Shown: one piece after another, positions 1-9,727 of the stretch | Numbering within the stretch: the first letter of the stretch is position 1 | How the letters are laid out: each line of letters begins with the position of its first letter | Origin: Ferruginibacter sp. | Lineage (GTDB): Bacteria > Bacteroidota > Bacteroidia > Chitinophagales > Chitinophagaceae | DNA: 64,000 nt | Reading direction: 5' to 3' | Assembly (NCBI GenBank): GCA_040002495.1 | Contig: JBDUEK010000004.1 | Coordinates: forward strand, 29,342 to 93,341 | The notes under the pieces: generated by a model | Databases searched by the model: none | What the model was told of the DNA's origin: nothing | Seen by the model: only the letters and a program-made list of their open reading frames with translations | Position numbers and translations under genes: made by a program

Positions 1-1290
1 AGTCAAGAGTGATGAGCCGCCATAACTCATTAAAGGTAAAGTTATTCCTATAACGGGTGCTAAGCCTACCGTTACGCATATATTAACCACCACATGAAAG
101 AATATAATACTGGCTACCGAGTATGCATATACCCGGCTAAAAGTACTTCGTTGCCGTTCGGCTAAATTTACAATTCGTAAAATGAGTGTGAGGTAAATCA
201 ACATAAGTAATGTACTTCCCCAAAAGCCAAAATTTTCTCCTACGGATGTAAAAATGAAATCTGTATGTTGTTCCGGCACAAAGTCGCCTTGTGTTTGTGT
301 GCCTTTTAAGAAACCTTTACCTAATACACCGCCGGAACCAATGGCAATTTTTGATTGCTTTACATTGTAGTTCTGCTGTTCACTTTTGCGCTGTTTTGCC
401 TTTAGTTCTTCAGGACTGATCAAATCCGCGGAATTTTTATCAGCAAATGGATTGTCAACACCAACCATGCTAAAAATTCTATCTGCCTGATATTGTTTAA
501 AAACATGTTTAAAAGTTAATGGTACAAGTACGCCGACAAAAAGGGAGCAAAAAGCCCAAATGCCAATTACCAGCAACAACAAGCTATTGTTTCTTTTAAC
601 CTGTCGAAGATTAAGTATGATAAATAATATGGCTATAACTGCAAAAGCAATTAATAGCGTAGTTGTAGAAAACAACAAAGATATTACCAGTAAAACTGCC
701 ATGGCAGCTCCTGTAATCAGATAACCGGGTGGCAAACCTTCCCGGTACATTGGAATAAGGAAAGTGAAATATACGAGTGCTAAACCGGTTTCTCCTTGCA
801 GAATGGATAAGGCTGCAGGCGTAAATGAAATTGCAGCGGCTATTAACTGCGATTTTGATTTTTTAAAATCAAGATTGGTCATTGATAAAAATTTAGCCAA
901 CGCAAGGGAGGTAAATATTTTACACAATTCAACCGGCTGCAGGTTCATGAAACCTAATGGAATCCAGCTTTTGGATCCTTTAATTTCCTTACCAACAACA
1001 AATGTGGCGAGCACCAGTACGATTCCAATCAGGTAACTGATATTTGCCGTAGCTGTAAATAATTTACTATCAGTTAAAAGTATAAATGTTGCCAATACAA
1101 TACTCGCCAGGAAAAAGAAAAACTGTTTGCTGTAGTTTTTTTTGAAGCCCAGGAAGCTCTGTACAACGCCATCTCCGGCCCTATACTCTACTGAAAAAAT
1201 ACAAATGAGTCCAATCACTACAAGTGTTACATATAATAATACCACCAGCCAATCAATACCTTTTCCTAATGTTGGGTTCCTTTGATACAT
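1..1290 (-). CDS. rodA: Rod shape-determining protein RodA (SEDS family), 3' end runs off the window
   Basis: Not in the ORF track; translated by hand from ATG at 1290: MYQRNPTLGKGIDW...QSKIAIGSGG...KGTQTQGDFVPEQHTDFIF...GITLPLMSYGGSSLL, which are SEDS motifs; lies directly downstream of mrdA. Confidence 0.95.
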   Translation of the reverse strand, partial: MYQRNPTLGKGIDWLVVLLYVTLVVIGLICIFSVEYRAGDGVVQSFLGFKKNYSKQFFFFLASIVLATFILLTDSKLFTATANISYLIGIVLVLATFVVGKEIKGSKSWIPLGFMNLQPVELCKIFTSLALAKFLSMTNLDFKKSKSQLIAAAISFTPAALSILQGETGLALVYFTFLIPMYREGLPPGYLITGAAMAVLLVISLLFSTTTLLIAFAVIAILFIILNLRQVKRNNSLLLLVIGIWAFCSLFVGVLVPLTFKHVFKQYQADRIFSMVGVDNPFADKNSADLISPEELKAKQRKSEQQNYNVKQSKIAIGSGGVLGKGFLKGTQTQGDFVPEQHTDFIFTSVGENFGFWGSTLLMLIYLTLILRIVNLAERQRSTFSRVYAYSVASIIFFHVVVNICVTVGLAPVIGITLPLMSYGGSSLLT

Positions 1291-1306
1291 TTTTTATTTT
1301 CAGCTT

Positions 1307-3454
1307 TTAATTTTTTACAGTGTCTTTTACTTCGGCCTGTTTTCTTTCATTGGGAATGATTGCTTCAATTTTATTTTTTGCAGGAATTTCACTGCTGTCT
1401 TTTTTGGGCATTTCATTTTTTACCGAATCCTTTCTTAACTTATCGAGCTTTATTTTATCCAATGCCTCTGCCTCATCTTCTTCATCAAGTCCCATAGTAT
1501 CTTTTATAGCTTTTAAATAACCTTTGGCCACAAGGTATGCAGAGTCCCTGATGTGACGCATAGAATCCTGCTTGCGGATTTCTGCATAAATTCTTGGAGG
1601 AATCAGGTTAAGATTCGAAAGTTGTTCTACTCTTGCCAAACGGGCTTTGTCTGTTATAGAATCTTTTAGATATTTTTCAATTAATAAACCACATATTGGT
1701 GCTGCGTAAGTACCACCAAAACGACCACTGTTTTCAACTACGCACATGATCGCAATTTTTGGATTATCACGGGGAGCAAATCCACAAAAGAAAGCATGGT
1801 TAGGTTGCTTTACCGATCCGATGTAGTTTTCCACGGTGCCGGTTTTTCCACAAATGTCGATACCATCTACTTTTGCGCCCATGCCGGTTCCTCTTTCAAC
1901 CACACCCTGCATACCATCATGTACTGCTTCAAAAACACTATCAGGTATATCTGTTGTATTGTGTCGTTCCTTAAATTTATTTAATAACTCAAACCGGTCA
2001 CCGCCTTCAATAGAATCAACCAGGTGGGGGATTTTATACCAGCCCTTATTAGCAATAAAAGCCATTTCATTAGCTACTTGTATGGGTGTAACATTCACCT
2101 CACCCTGTCCAATACTTACCGAACGAAAGGTGCAATAATTCCAATGACCTTTGCCATAAATTTTATCGAAATGAGCAGGAGTAGGAATGTTACCACTCTT
2201 TTCATACGGCACATCAACGCCTAATTTGTGGCCCAACCCAAATGCATACATGTAATTATCCCAAACTTTTAAACTGCTGTCTACATTAGGATATTTAGGA
2301 TTGTCTATTACCCGTTGCATTACGTTGGCAAAGTAAGTGTTATCAGAAACAGTAATAGCACTACGCAAATCAAAAGTTCCAAAATCGAGGCACCTCATTG
2401 GATGGGAACTTCCACAACCATAAAATGCACCAGAGCAGGAAAACCTGGTACTGGTTTGAATGACACCTTCATGCAATCCAATTAACGCCTGTAGCGTTTT
2501 AAATGTAGATCCGGGAGAATAAATACCACTTACAGTTCGATTGTATAATGGAAGCGCAGGGTCCAATAGTAACTCTCCAATATGTTTACGCCTTGTAGCT
2601 CCCGTTAATAATTTTGGTTTGAAAGTGGGGCTACTCACCATCGCTAAAATTCCCCCGGTTTGGGGATCTACCGCAACAATAGCACCCAGTTTGTTCTCCA
2701 TTAATTTCTCGCCCAATGCCTGTAATTCGATATCCAGCGCCAGGTGCATATTATCTCCGGCAATTGCTGCAGTATCAAACTTTCCTTGTTCAAGTCGTTC
2801 GGTTAACCGGTTTTTGTTATCCCGTTTCCAATACTGAATACCTCGTTGCCCCATTAAGGCTCTTTCGTAAGTTCTTTCGAGGCCGGTCTTTCCTGCATAG
2901 TCACCAATTTGGTAACCTTCATCCAAATGCCGTTTTAAAAAACTGCTATCAACTTCCGATAAATAACCTAGTATATTACCCGCTGCATCTACGGGATAAC
3001 TTCTTACAGGTCGTTCTTGTAAATAAAACCCCGGGGCAAATTTATACATGGCCTCATTTAGCATGGCCATTTTTTCATCCGATAACAAGGCATCAAAAGT
3101 AGATGGCCTTGCCCGGCCATTTCTAATCCTTACTTCCAACAATTTCTTTTCAAAAGTTGCAGTATCAATCTGCAATATGCGGCACAATGCCGCAGTATCA
3201 ATTCCTTTAATTTTATTAGGAATAACCATCAAATCGTAAATGGTCATATTTTGAAGAATCGGGCGGCTTTTACGATCATACACAATACCACGATCAGGAT
3301 AAATTACTTTTCTAAATTTCCCCTGATCATCGGCCATGATTGCATACTTGGAGGAAAACAATTGCAGGTTAGCCAACTGCAGAATGATAACCAGAAAGAT
3401 GCCGACAAAAACAAGCCGGACTACATTTTTTCGTGATTGATTGAAGACAGACAA
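1307..3454 (-). CDS. mrdA: Penicillin-binding protein 2 (class B transpeptidase)
   Basis: N-terminal TM anchor, RG-I-YDR motif, SxxK (PGSTFK), SxN (SDN), KTGT; mre operon context; TTG start. Confidence 0.95.
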   Translation of the reverse strand: MSVFNQSRKNVVRLVFVGIFLVIILQLANLQLFSSKYAIMADDQGKFRKVIYPDRGIVYDRKSRPILQNMTIYDLMVIPNKIKGIDTAALCRILQIDTATFEKKLLEVRIRNGRARPSTFDALLSDEKMAMLNEAMYKFAPGFYLQERPVRSYPVDAAGNILGYLSEVDSSFLKRHLDEGYQIGDYAGKTGLERTYERALMGQRGIQYWKRDNKNRLTERLEQGKFDTAAIAGDNMHLALDIELQALGEKLMENKLGAIVAVDPQTGGILAMVSSPTFKPKLLTGATRRKHIGELLLDPALPLYNRTVSGIYSPGSTFKTLQALIGLHEGVIQTSTRFSCSGAFYGCGSSHPMRCLDFGTFDLRSAITVSDNTYFANVMQRVIDNPKYPNVDSSLKVWDNYMYAFGLGHKLGVDVPYEKSGNIPTPAHFDKIYGKGHWNYCTFRSVSIGQGEVNVTPIQVANEMAFIANKGWYKIPHLVDSIEGGDRFELLNKFKERHNTTDIPDSVFEAVHDGMQGVVERGTGMGAKVDGIDICGKTGTVENYIGSVKQPNHAFFCGFAPRDNPKIAIMCVVENSGRFGGTYAAPICGLLIEKYLKDSITDKARLARVEQLSNLNLIPPRIYAEIRKQDSMRHIRDSAYLVAKGYLKAIKDTMGLDEEDEAEALDKIKLDKLRKDSVKNEMPKKDSSEIPAKNKIEAIIPNERKQAEVKDTVKN

Positions 3455-3595
3455 GGTGCTTTTAATTTATTTGTTTACTGGTTATAGAGCTTTCCTATTT
3501 ATTAAAAATGAAAATAAAATCAGTTCTAAACCAACTGTCTATTTTAATGTTTTTGCATTTATAATTAACCCGCGAAGGTCATAATTATTTTGAAC

Positions 3596-3710
3596 GGGTG
3601 CATTTCAAATTGTCGCTTTACTTGTAACACTGTGGGCGGTGAGGACACCGCCCACGGCTGACTGCCCTGGCTGGTGTCTCCACCAGCCAGCGACAATTTG
3701 AAATGCACCC
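3596..3710. mobile_element. MITE-like non-autonomous element (22-bp TIRs, 8-bp TSD)
   Basis: GGGTGCATTTCAAATTGTCGCT (3596-3617) is the exact reverse complement of 3689-3710; TTTTGAAC directly abuts both ends (3588-3595, 3711-3718). Confidence 0.85.
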
Positions 3711-3818
3711 TTTTGAACGCCATTCCCTTAAATTTATTGAATTTTGTGTACAATTATATAACCTATTAACTTCTACCAATTACAAATACATATTACAGAT
3801 TGTATTTTAACAATACTA

Positions 3819-4352
3819 TTAAACAGTATTTGTTCTGAATTGCTGTTTTCGGGAAAACAATAACTCTGCAATGATAATGAGTAATAAGCTTACAGCAGTT
3901 GACAACAATGTTTTGACAAGAAAATACCAGAAGTTTCCAAATTGCCAGGCTTCTAAAAAGAATAGCCAACCATGATGGATAAAAGTAAGTACCCCGGCGT
4001 AAACCATGTACGGTAGAAACCCGCCCATACTTTTGGCGGAGGGTTCGTCATAATTACTATCAGCACCTTCCTGGGGTATCATTATATTAATAAGAAAAGG
4101 ACGGAAATAGGCAATCAATACACAGGCCGCGGCATGAAATCCGGGATTGTGCCTGAAACTATCGAGTGTAAACCCAAGTGCAAATGCAATCAGCATTTGA
4201 GCGCTGCGGCTGAGTTTAAAGGGCATCCATAAAATGAACAGAAAATAAATATAGGGCGTAACCATATAGTTAACATGGATCCTGTCAAGTATAAATACCT
4301 GAACCAGTATCAATATAGCAAAACGGACAATATTTTTAATTAAGGTGTTCAT
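3819..4352 (-). CDS. mreD: Rod shape-determining protein MreD
   Basis: 177-aa hydrophobic multi-TM protein directly downstream of mreC. Confidence 0.9.
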   Translation of the reverse strand: MNTLIKNIVRFAILILVQVFILDRIHVNYMVTPYIYFLFILWMPFKLSRSAQMLIAFALGFTLDSFRHNPGFHAAACVLIAYFRPFLINIMIPQEGADSNYDEPSAKSMGGFLPYMVYAGVLTFIHHGWLFFLEAWQFGNFWYFLVKTLLSTAVSLLLIIIAELLFSRKQQFRTNTV

Positions 4353-4369
4353 TGAATCCGCTGACGGAA

Positions 4370-5230
4370 TTAATTATTGATTTTATTATTTGCATTCTTC
4401 AACAACGTGTTTATTTCATCCTTCTGATAATTTTCGATGGCGTAAACATATTGCAGGTTATTAAAACTGGCGCTGGTTTTTATACGAATGATAAAGTTAT
4501 TGGTTCCCTTGTCCGGCACTACACTATCGATTGTTCCAAGAAAAAGGCCATAGGGAAAAGTTGCCGTGAAACCGCTTGTTAAAACCGTATCACCTTTTAT
4601 AAGTTTTACACTTTTCCTGATATCGGTCAACGATAAAAAATGCGGATCTTTTCCATCCCAGACTACCTGGCCGGCTTCGCCACTCTTTTTTAGTTTGGCA
4701 CTTATTTTACTGTCTTTGTGCAAAAGGCTCATCACTACTGCGTAATTGCTACTTACATCTGTAATAATGCCCACCACTGCATTATTTGGATCAACCACTC
4801 CCATATCTTTTCTTAAATGTTGATCAGCACCTCTGCCCAAAACAATAAAATTATTCTGAGCTGATATTGAGTTGGAAACAACTTTGGCTGCACTGTACTG
4901 CCACTTACGAATATGCCCTAAAGTATCGTATGGAATTGAATCGGTAATTACTTTGGCGGTGGTGTCCGGAGTTTCAAAATTTTCTTTGAGCAGGTTTCGT
5001 AACCGTTCGTTATCTTTTGCCAGTTGCTCGTTGGTTTTTTTGAGCTGAAGATAATAGTCGATTTTATTGTATTGGGTATTTACCTTGCCGGTTATTTCAT
5101 TCATAACGCCGGAAGCAACCGCATTGTGATAGGTATTATAATGCACAATCAGGTATATGCAAAATATCTGTAGTAACAGTAAAAAAATAAAATTGAAATA
5201 CCTGCGGACGAATAAAAAAATATTATGCAT
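4370..5230 (-). CDS. mreC: Rod shape-determining protein MreC
   Basis: N-terminal TM, coiled coil (LKKTNEQLAKDNERLR), beta-domain motifs (GDTVLTSG, FPYG); follows mreB. Confidence 0.95.
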   Translation of the reverse strand: MHNIFLFVRRYFNFIFLLLLQIFCIYLIVHYNTYHNAVASGVMNEITGKVNTQYNKIDYYLQLKKTNEQLAKDNERLRNLLKENFETPDTTAKVITDSIPYDTLGHIRKWQYSAAKVVSNSISAQNNFIVLGRGADQHLRKDMGVVDPNNAVVGIITDVSSNYAVVMSLLHKDSKISAKLKKSGEAGQVVWDGKDPHFLSLTDIRKSVKLIKGDTVLTSGFTATFPYGLFLGTIDSVVPDKGTNNFIIRIKTSASFNNLQYVYAIENYQKDEINTLLKNANNKINN

Positions 5231-5322
5231 ACAATGCTCCTCCTACAATCCCGATCAGTGGGTAAAAATCTGGCCTGATAAAATGTAGCATATTATTCAT
5301 ACCAGAAAAGTCGTTATCTTTT

Positions 5323-5337
5323 TCCGCCAATGGCGGA
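5323..5337. repeat. GC-rich 15-bp palindrome TCCGCCA-A-TGGCGGA between mreB and mreC
   Basis: Perfect 7-bp inverted repeat seen in the sequence. Confidence 0.6.
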
Positions 5338-5350
5338 TATTTAATAATAC

Positions 5351-6376
5351 TTAACGCATTACAAAAGGATACTTATCATAATTTTTCAATGCGATACCTG
5401 TTCCTCTCACCACGCTTTTCAGTGGATCATCGGCAACATGTACAGGTAATTTAATTTTAGCTGCTATTCTTTTATCCAGTCCTCTTAACAGTGATCCGCC
5501 ACCAGTAAGATATAAACCTCTGCGGTAAATATCACCTGCCAGTTCAGGCGGAGTAGTTTCCAATGCTTTTAAAATAGCTTCCTCAATTTTGAAAATACTC
5601 TTGTCCAACGCTTCTGCAACTTCCTGGTAACTAACAAAAACCTGTTTTGGGATACCTGTTACAAGGTCACGTCCGTTTACAGGAATATCATCCGGTGGAT
5701 TTTCAAGATCTTTCATTGCAGATCCAACCTGAATTTTTATTTGTTCAGCAGTACGTTCACCTATTAGTAAGCTATGATAACGGCGAAGTGCCTCCATAAT
5801 ATCTGCAGTAAATTCATCACCCGCAATACGAATACTTTGATCACACACAATACCTGCCAATGCTATCACGGTAATACCCGTAGTACCACCACCAATATCA
5901 ATGATCATATTTCCAACTGGTTCCTCCACATCAATACCAATACCCAACGCTGCAGCCATGGGCTCATGAATCAGGTAAACTTCTTTAGCGCCGGCTTGTT
6001 CGGCACTATCTCTAACCGCACGTTTTTCAACCTCAGTAATGCTGCTTGGAATACAAATCATCATTCTCCAGCTTGGAGCAAACAATGGCTTTTTAGGATA
6101 GATCATTTTGATCATTTCCCTTATCATTAATTCAGCGGCGTTAAAATCTGCTATTACGCCATCTTTCAGGGGACGAACGGTACGGATGCTTTCATGCGTT
6201 TTTTCATGCATCATCAAAGCTTTCTTTCCAACGGCTAAAATATTTTTGGGATTATTTCTGTCTAAGGCAACAATAGAAGGCTCGTTCACTACTACTTCAT
6301 CGTTAAATATTATCAGGGTGTTTGCGGTACCCAAATCCATCGCAATTTCCTGTGTGAAAAAATTAAAAAGACCCAT
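5351..6376 (-). CDS. mreB: Actin-like ATPase MreB
   Basis: DLGTANT, RPLKDGVIADF, EPMAAALG, DIGGGTT and LTGGGSLL motifs. Confidence 0.98.
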   Translation of the reverse strand: MGLFNFFTQEIAMDLGTANTLIIFNDEVVVNEPSIVALDRNNPKNILAVGKKALMMHEKTHESIRTVRPLKDGVIADFNAAELMIREMIKMIYPKKPLFAPSWRMMICIPSSITEVEKRAVRDSAEQAGAKEVYLIHEPMAAALGIGIDVEEPVGNMIIDIGGGTTGITVIALAGIVCDQSIRIAGDEFTADIMEALRRYHSLLIGERTAEQIKIQVGSAMKDLENPPDDIPVNGRDLVTGIPKQVFVSYQEVAEALDKSIFKIEEAILKALETTPPELAGDIYRRGLYLTGGGSLLRGLDKRIAAKIKLPVHVADDPLKSVVRGTGIALKNYDKYPFVMR

Positions 6377-6598
6377 AGTTTATGTAGAGAAAAAAGGTAT
6401 ATAAATAATTGGGGCAAAGTTGACGTAAATTTTTTGAATTAACAACCGCAAACCCTTTATTTTTCAACATTTTGCGGGAAGATTCCAAGTTAATTTCCGG
6501 GCTTTTGGCCATTTCGAAGTTGAAAAGCTAATTCGTTGCAAAAAGGATAAAACCTCGCTATCAACCAACAATCTTCAAATTCACAAAAACAACTTTGT

Positions 6599-7879
6599 TT
6601 ACCTGAATTCGAACCCGATATCGTTTCTAAAATAAATACCATCAAAGTACAACTGCTCCAGAATATAATTCGATTGTTCTGCTGCGCCATCAATATCATC
6701 ACCTATTGAAGTAATGGCCAACACTCTTCCACCATTGGATACCACTTTATCATTTACCTGTTTAGTACCTGAATGAAAAATAATGGAGCCATCAATCGCT
6801 GCATCTTCCAACCCTTGTATTTCTTTGCCTGATTCGTAGTCGTTTGGATAACCGCCACTAACTGCTACCACAGTAACTGCGGCAAGTGGACTGGTTTTAA
6901 TGGTAATTTCATTTAATCGCTGTTTTGCAACTGCTGATAAAATTTCAACCAGGTCATTTTCAATTCTTGGAATAATTACTTCTGTCTCCGGATCACCAAA
7001 CCTGCAATTGTACTCAATCACATAGGGCTTATCATCAACATTGATCAATCCAATAAAAATGACTCCTTTGTAATCGAGCTTTTCTGAAATCAATCCGTTC
7101 ACAGTTGGTTCAATGATGGTTTCTTTTACAAGCTGAACATAAGCCTCATTTACAAATGGCACAGGACTTACTGCTCCCATTCCGCCTGTGTTGGGGCCTG
7201 TATTACCATTGCCGATTTGTTTATAATCTTTTGCCTCCGGCAGAATCACATAATTTTTGCCATCAGTTAGTACAAACATGCTTAATTCAATGCCCTTCAA
7301 AAACTCTTCAATTACCACCCGTTTTCCGGCATCGCCATATTTTGATTGCTGAATCATTAGTTCAAACTCGGCCAGTGCTTCTATTTTGCTGTTGCATATC
7401 ACAACGCCTTTACCTGCTGCAAGTCCATCGGCTTTCAAAACTATTGGTAAAGCATGATTTTGGATATAGTTAATGCCATCTTCATATGTGGATGCATCAA
7501 ATTCGCGATAAGCAGCTGTTGGAATATTGTGCCGATCCATAAATGCCTTTGCATACGCTTTACTTCCTTCAAGCTGTGCTGCTTCTTTTGAAGGGCCAAA
7601 TACCTGTATGTGAGCGGTAACCGGGTTACTGGTCAAATAATCGTAAATTCCTTTTACCAGGGGTTCTTCCGGGCCTACAATCAGCATGTCTATTTGCTGT
7701 TCTATCGCAAAGTCTGCTATTCCTTTAAAGTCAGTAACCGCAAGTGGTATATTCACTCCAACTAAAGATGTTCCAGCATTGCCGGGGGCAATAAATAACT
7801 GGGCGCATAAAGGGCTTTGCTTTATTTTCCAGGCCAACGTATGTTCACGGCCGCCACCACCTACAATAAGGATATTCAT
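6599..7879 (-). CDS. purD: Phosphoribosylamine--glycine ligase
   Basis: GGGGREH, LEGSKAYAK, KADGLAAGKGV, GPNTGGMG, EYNCRFGDPE. Confidence 0.98.
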   Translation of the reverse strand: MNILIVGGGGREHTLAWKIKQSPLCAQLFIAPGNAGTSLVGVNIPLAVTDFKGIADFAIEQQIDMLIVGPEEPLVKGIYDYLTSNPVTAHIQVFGPSKEAAQLEGSKAYAKAFMDRHNIPTAAYREFDASTYEDGINYIQNHALPIVLKADGLAAGKGVVICNSKIEALAEFELMIQQSKYGDAGKRVVIEEFLKGIELSMFVLTDGKNYVILPEAKDYKQIGNGNTGPNTGGMGAVSPVPFVNEAYVQLVKETIIEPTVNGLISEKLDYKGVIFIGLINVDDKPYVIEYNCRFGDPETEVIIPRIENDLVEILSAVAKQRLNEITIKTSPLAAVTVVAVSGGYPNDYESGKEIQGLEDAAIDGSIIFHSGTKQVNDKVVSNGGRVLAITSIGDDIDGAAEQSNYILEQLYFDGIYFRNDIGFEFR

Positions 7880-8090
7880 AAAAAAACTTGGATTATTGCA
7901 TTTTAATTAAATGAGGTTTCATTTGCGAAATTAAAGTTACTACAAGAGCTAGCCATATAATTTTTATAAATATTGTAATATTTATTTTAACCATATTTAA
8001 AAATAGAAAAAAGTAGTGCTTTGAATTTACTAAAAAGAAAATTGCTACTTTGAGTGATTAAAATCAATATTTACCAGCAAAAAAAATTTT

Positions 8091-9659
8091 ATGAGTAAAC
8101 AGGTAAAAAACGCAGGCCATCCAAAAGGATTGTATGTACTATTTGCAACGGAAATGTGGGAGCGATTCAATTTCTATGGCATGAGGGCAATGCTTATACT
8201 CTTTATGACCAAGGCCTTACTTTTTGATGATCATTTTTCGTCTAATCTTTATGGCAGTTATATCGGCTTTATTTATCTATCTCCTTTATTGGGCGGATAT
8301 ATTGCCGATCGTTTCTGGGGTAATAAAAGATCCATTTTGGTTGGTGGTTTGGTAATGGCAATTGGTGAATTGATTTTATTTTGTTGCGGCTCTGTTTATG
8401 ATTCTTCACCAGGCTTGTCGCAGGTGCTTTTTTATTCTGGCCTTGGTTTTATGATAGCTGGTAATGGTTTTTTTAAACCAAATATTTCTTCGTTAGTTGG
8501 ACAACTTTACCCGGATGGTGATAATCGTAAAGATGCCGCTTATACTATCTTTTATATGGGTATTAACGTTGGAGGAATGGTAGGACCGCTTATTTGCGGG
8601 CTCGTAGGGCAAACGGGTAATCCGGCAGATTTCAGATGGGCTTTTTTGGTTGGATGTATAGCAATGTTGTTGAGCCTGTTGATCCAAAAACTTTTTCATG
8701 ATAAATATGTAAAATCTCCAGATGGAAATATTCTTGGTTTAACGCCCGGAACCAACACTGTGGTTGTTGATCCGTTAACAGATATAGAACATAAGCCGGT
8801 TAAAAAGCCATCAGCCCTCTGGCTCAACCCCGCTTCTATTTCGATAGGTACTTTGCTATTTGCCGCAGTTATGATTGGTGCCATGTATCTTGATACAAAA
8901 TGGAGCTATCTTTTCTATCTCCTTTCGGCAAGTTTTCTATTTATTATTATTCTTATTTTTTCTGATAAAAACCTTACTGCTCATGAAAAGCAGCGAATAT
9001 GGGTGATGGTAATTATAGCAGTGTTTGTTATTTTCTTTTGGGGCGCTTACGAGCAAACAGGCGCTTCACTTGTGTTCTTTGCCGACCGTCAAACCAATCT
9101 TAATTTATGGCCTGGCTATACAATGCCATCCAGTTATTTTCAATCTTTTAACTCTGCTTTCATCATTATACTGGCTCCCATCTTAGCATGGATTTGGCTG
9201 AAATTGGGAAAGAAACAACCTTCCACTCCGGCCAAAATGGGCCTGGGTCTTATTTTACTGGCTTTGGGATATTTCTGGATCGCTTATGGCGTAAAAGATG
9301 TGCAATCCGAAGTAAAAGTGAGCATGATCTGGCTTACGGGAATGTACCTGTTACACACTTTGGGCGAGTTATGTCTTTCCCCGATTGGTCTTTCGTTGTT
9401 CAATAAATTATCGCCACTTCGATTTGCTTCCCTGTTGATGGCTGTATGGTTTTTGGGGAATGCAGGTGGTAATAAATTGGCTGGCGTTTTAAGTTCGCTT
9501 TACCCCTCGGAAGGGAAAACTACTTCATTTCTGGGATACCAGATTTCAAATCTTCATGAGTTTTTCATGTTGTTTGTTGTAATGGCCGGGTTGGCGGGAA
9601 TAATTCTTCTTGTGTTATCTAAACAATTAAAGAAAATGATGCACTTAAGTGAAAACTAA
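8091..9659 (+). CDS. POT/PTR family proton-dependent oligopeptide transporter
   Basis: ExxERFxFYG motif (EMWERFNFYG), GNGFFKPNIS, FYMGINVG, GELCLSPIGLS. Confidence 0.95.
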   Translation: MSKQVKNAGHPKGLYVLFATEMWERFNFYGMRAMLILFMTKALLFDDHFSSNLYGSYIGFIYLSPLLGGYIADRFWGNKRSILVGGLVMAIGELILFCCGSVYDSSPGLSQVLFYSGLGFMIAGNGFFKPNISSLVGQLYPDGDNRKDAAYTIFYMGINVGGMVGPLICGLVGQTGNPADFRWAFLVGCIAMLLSLLIQKLFHDKYVKSPDGNILGLTPGTNTVVVDPLTDIEHKPVKKPSALWLNPASISIGTLLFAAVMIGAMYLDTKWSYLFYLLSASFLFIIILIFSDKNLTAHEKQRIWVMVIIAVFVIFFWGAYEQTGASLVFFADRQTNLNLWPGYTMPSSYFQSFNSAFIIILAPILAWIWLKLGKKQPSTPAKMGLGLILLALGYFWIAYGVKDVQSEVKVSMIWLTGMYLLHTLGELCLSPIGLSLFNKLSPLRFASLLMAVWFLGNAGGNKLAGVLSSLYPSEGKTTSFLGYQISNLHEFFMLFVVMAGLAGIILLVLSKQLKKMMHLSEN

Positions 9660-9727
9660 AAAGAATTTTATAAAACCAGGAAGTGGAGCCTGACTTCGCT
9701 TCTTAGTTTTAACTGCTATGTTTTTTT

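Noticed and set aside
764-1036. Plus-strand ORF (90 aa) and the many other short ORFs antisense or out-of-frame to long genes
   Set aside because: They are shadows of well-supported genes (here rodA on the minus strand) and show no motifs.
3481-3532. GTTATAGAGCT...AGTTCTAAACC, reminiscent of a Cas9 repeat/anti-repeat
   Set aside because: Single short imperfect hairpin, no repeat array and no cas genes in the window.
3565-3753. 62-aa ORF across the MITE
   Set aside because: Explained by reading through the inverted repeats (both ends give similar peptide); no transposase similarity.
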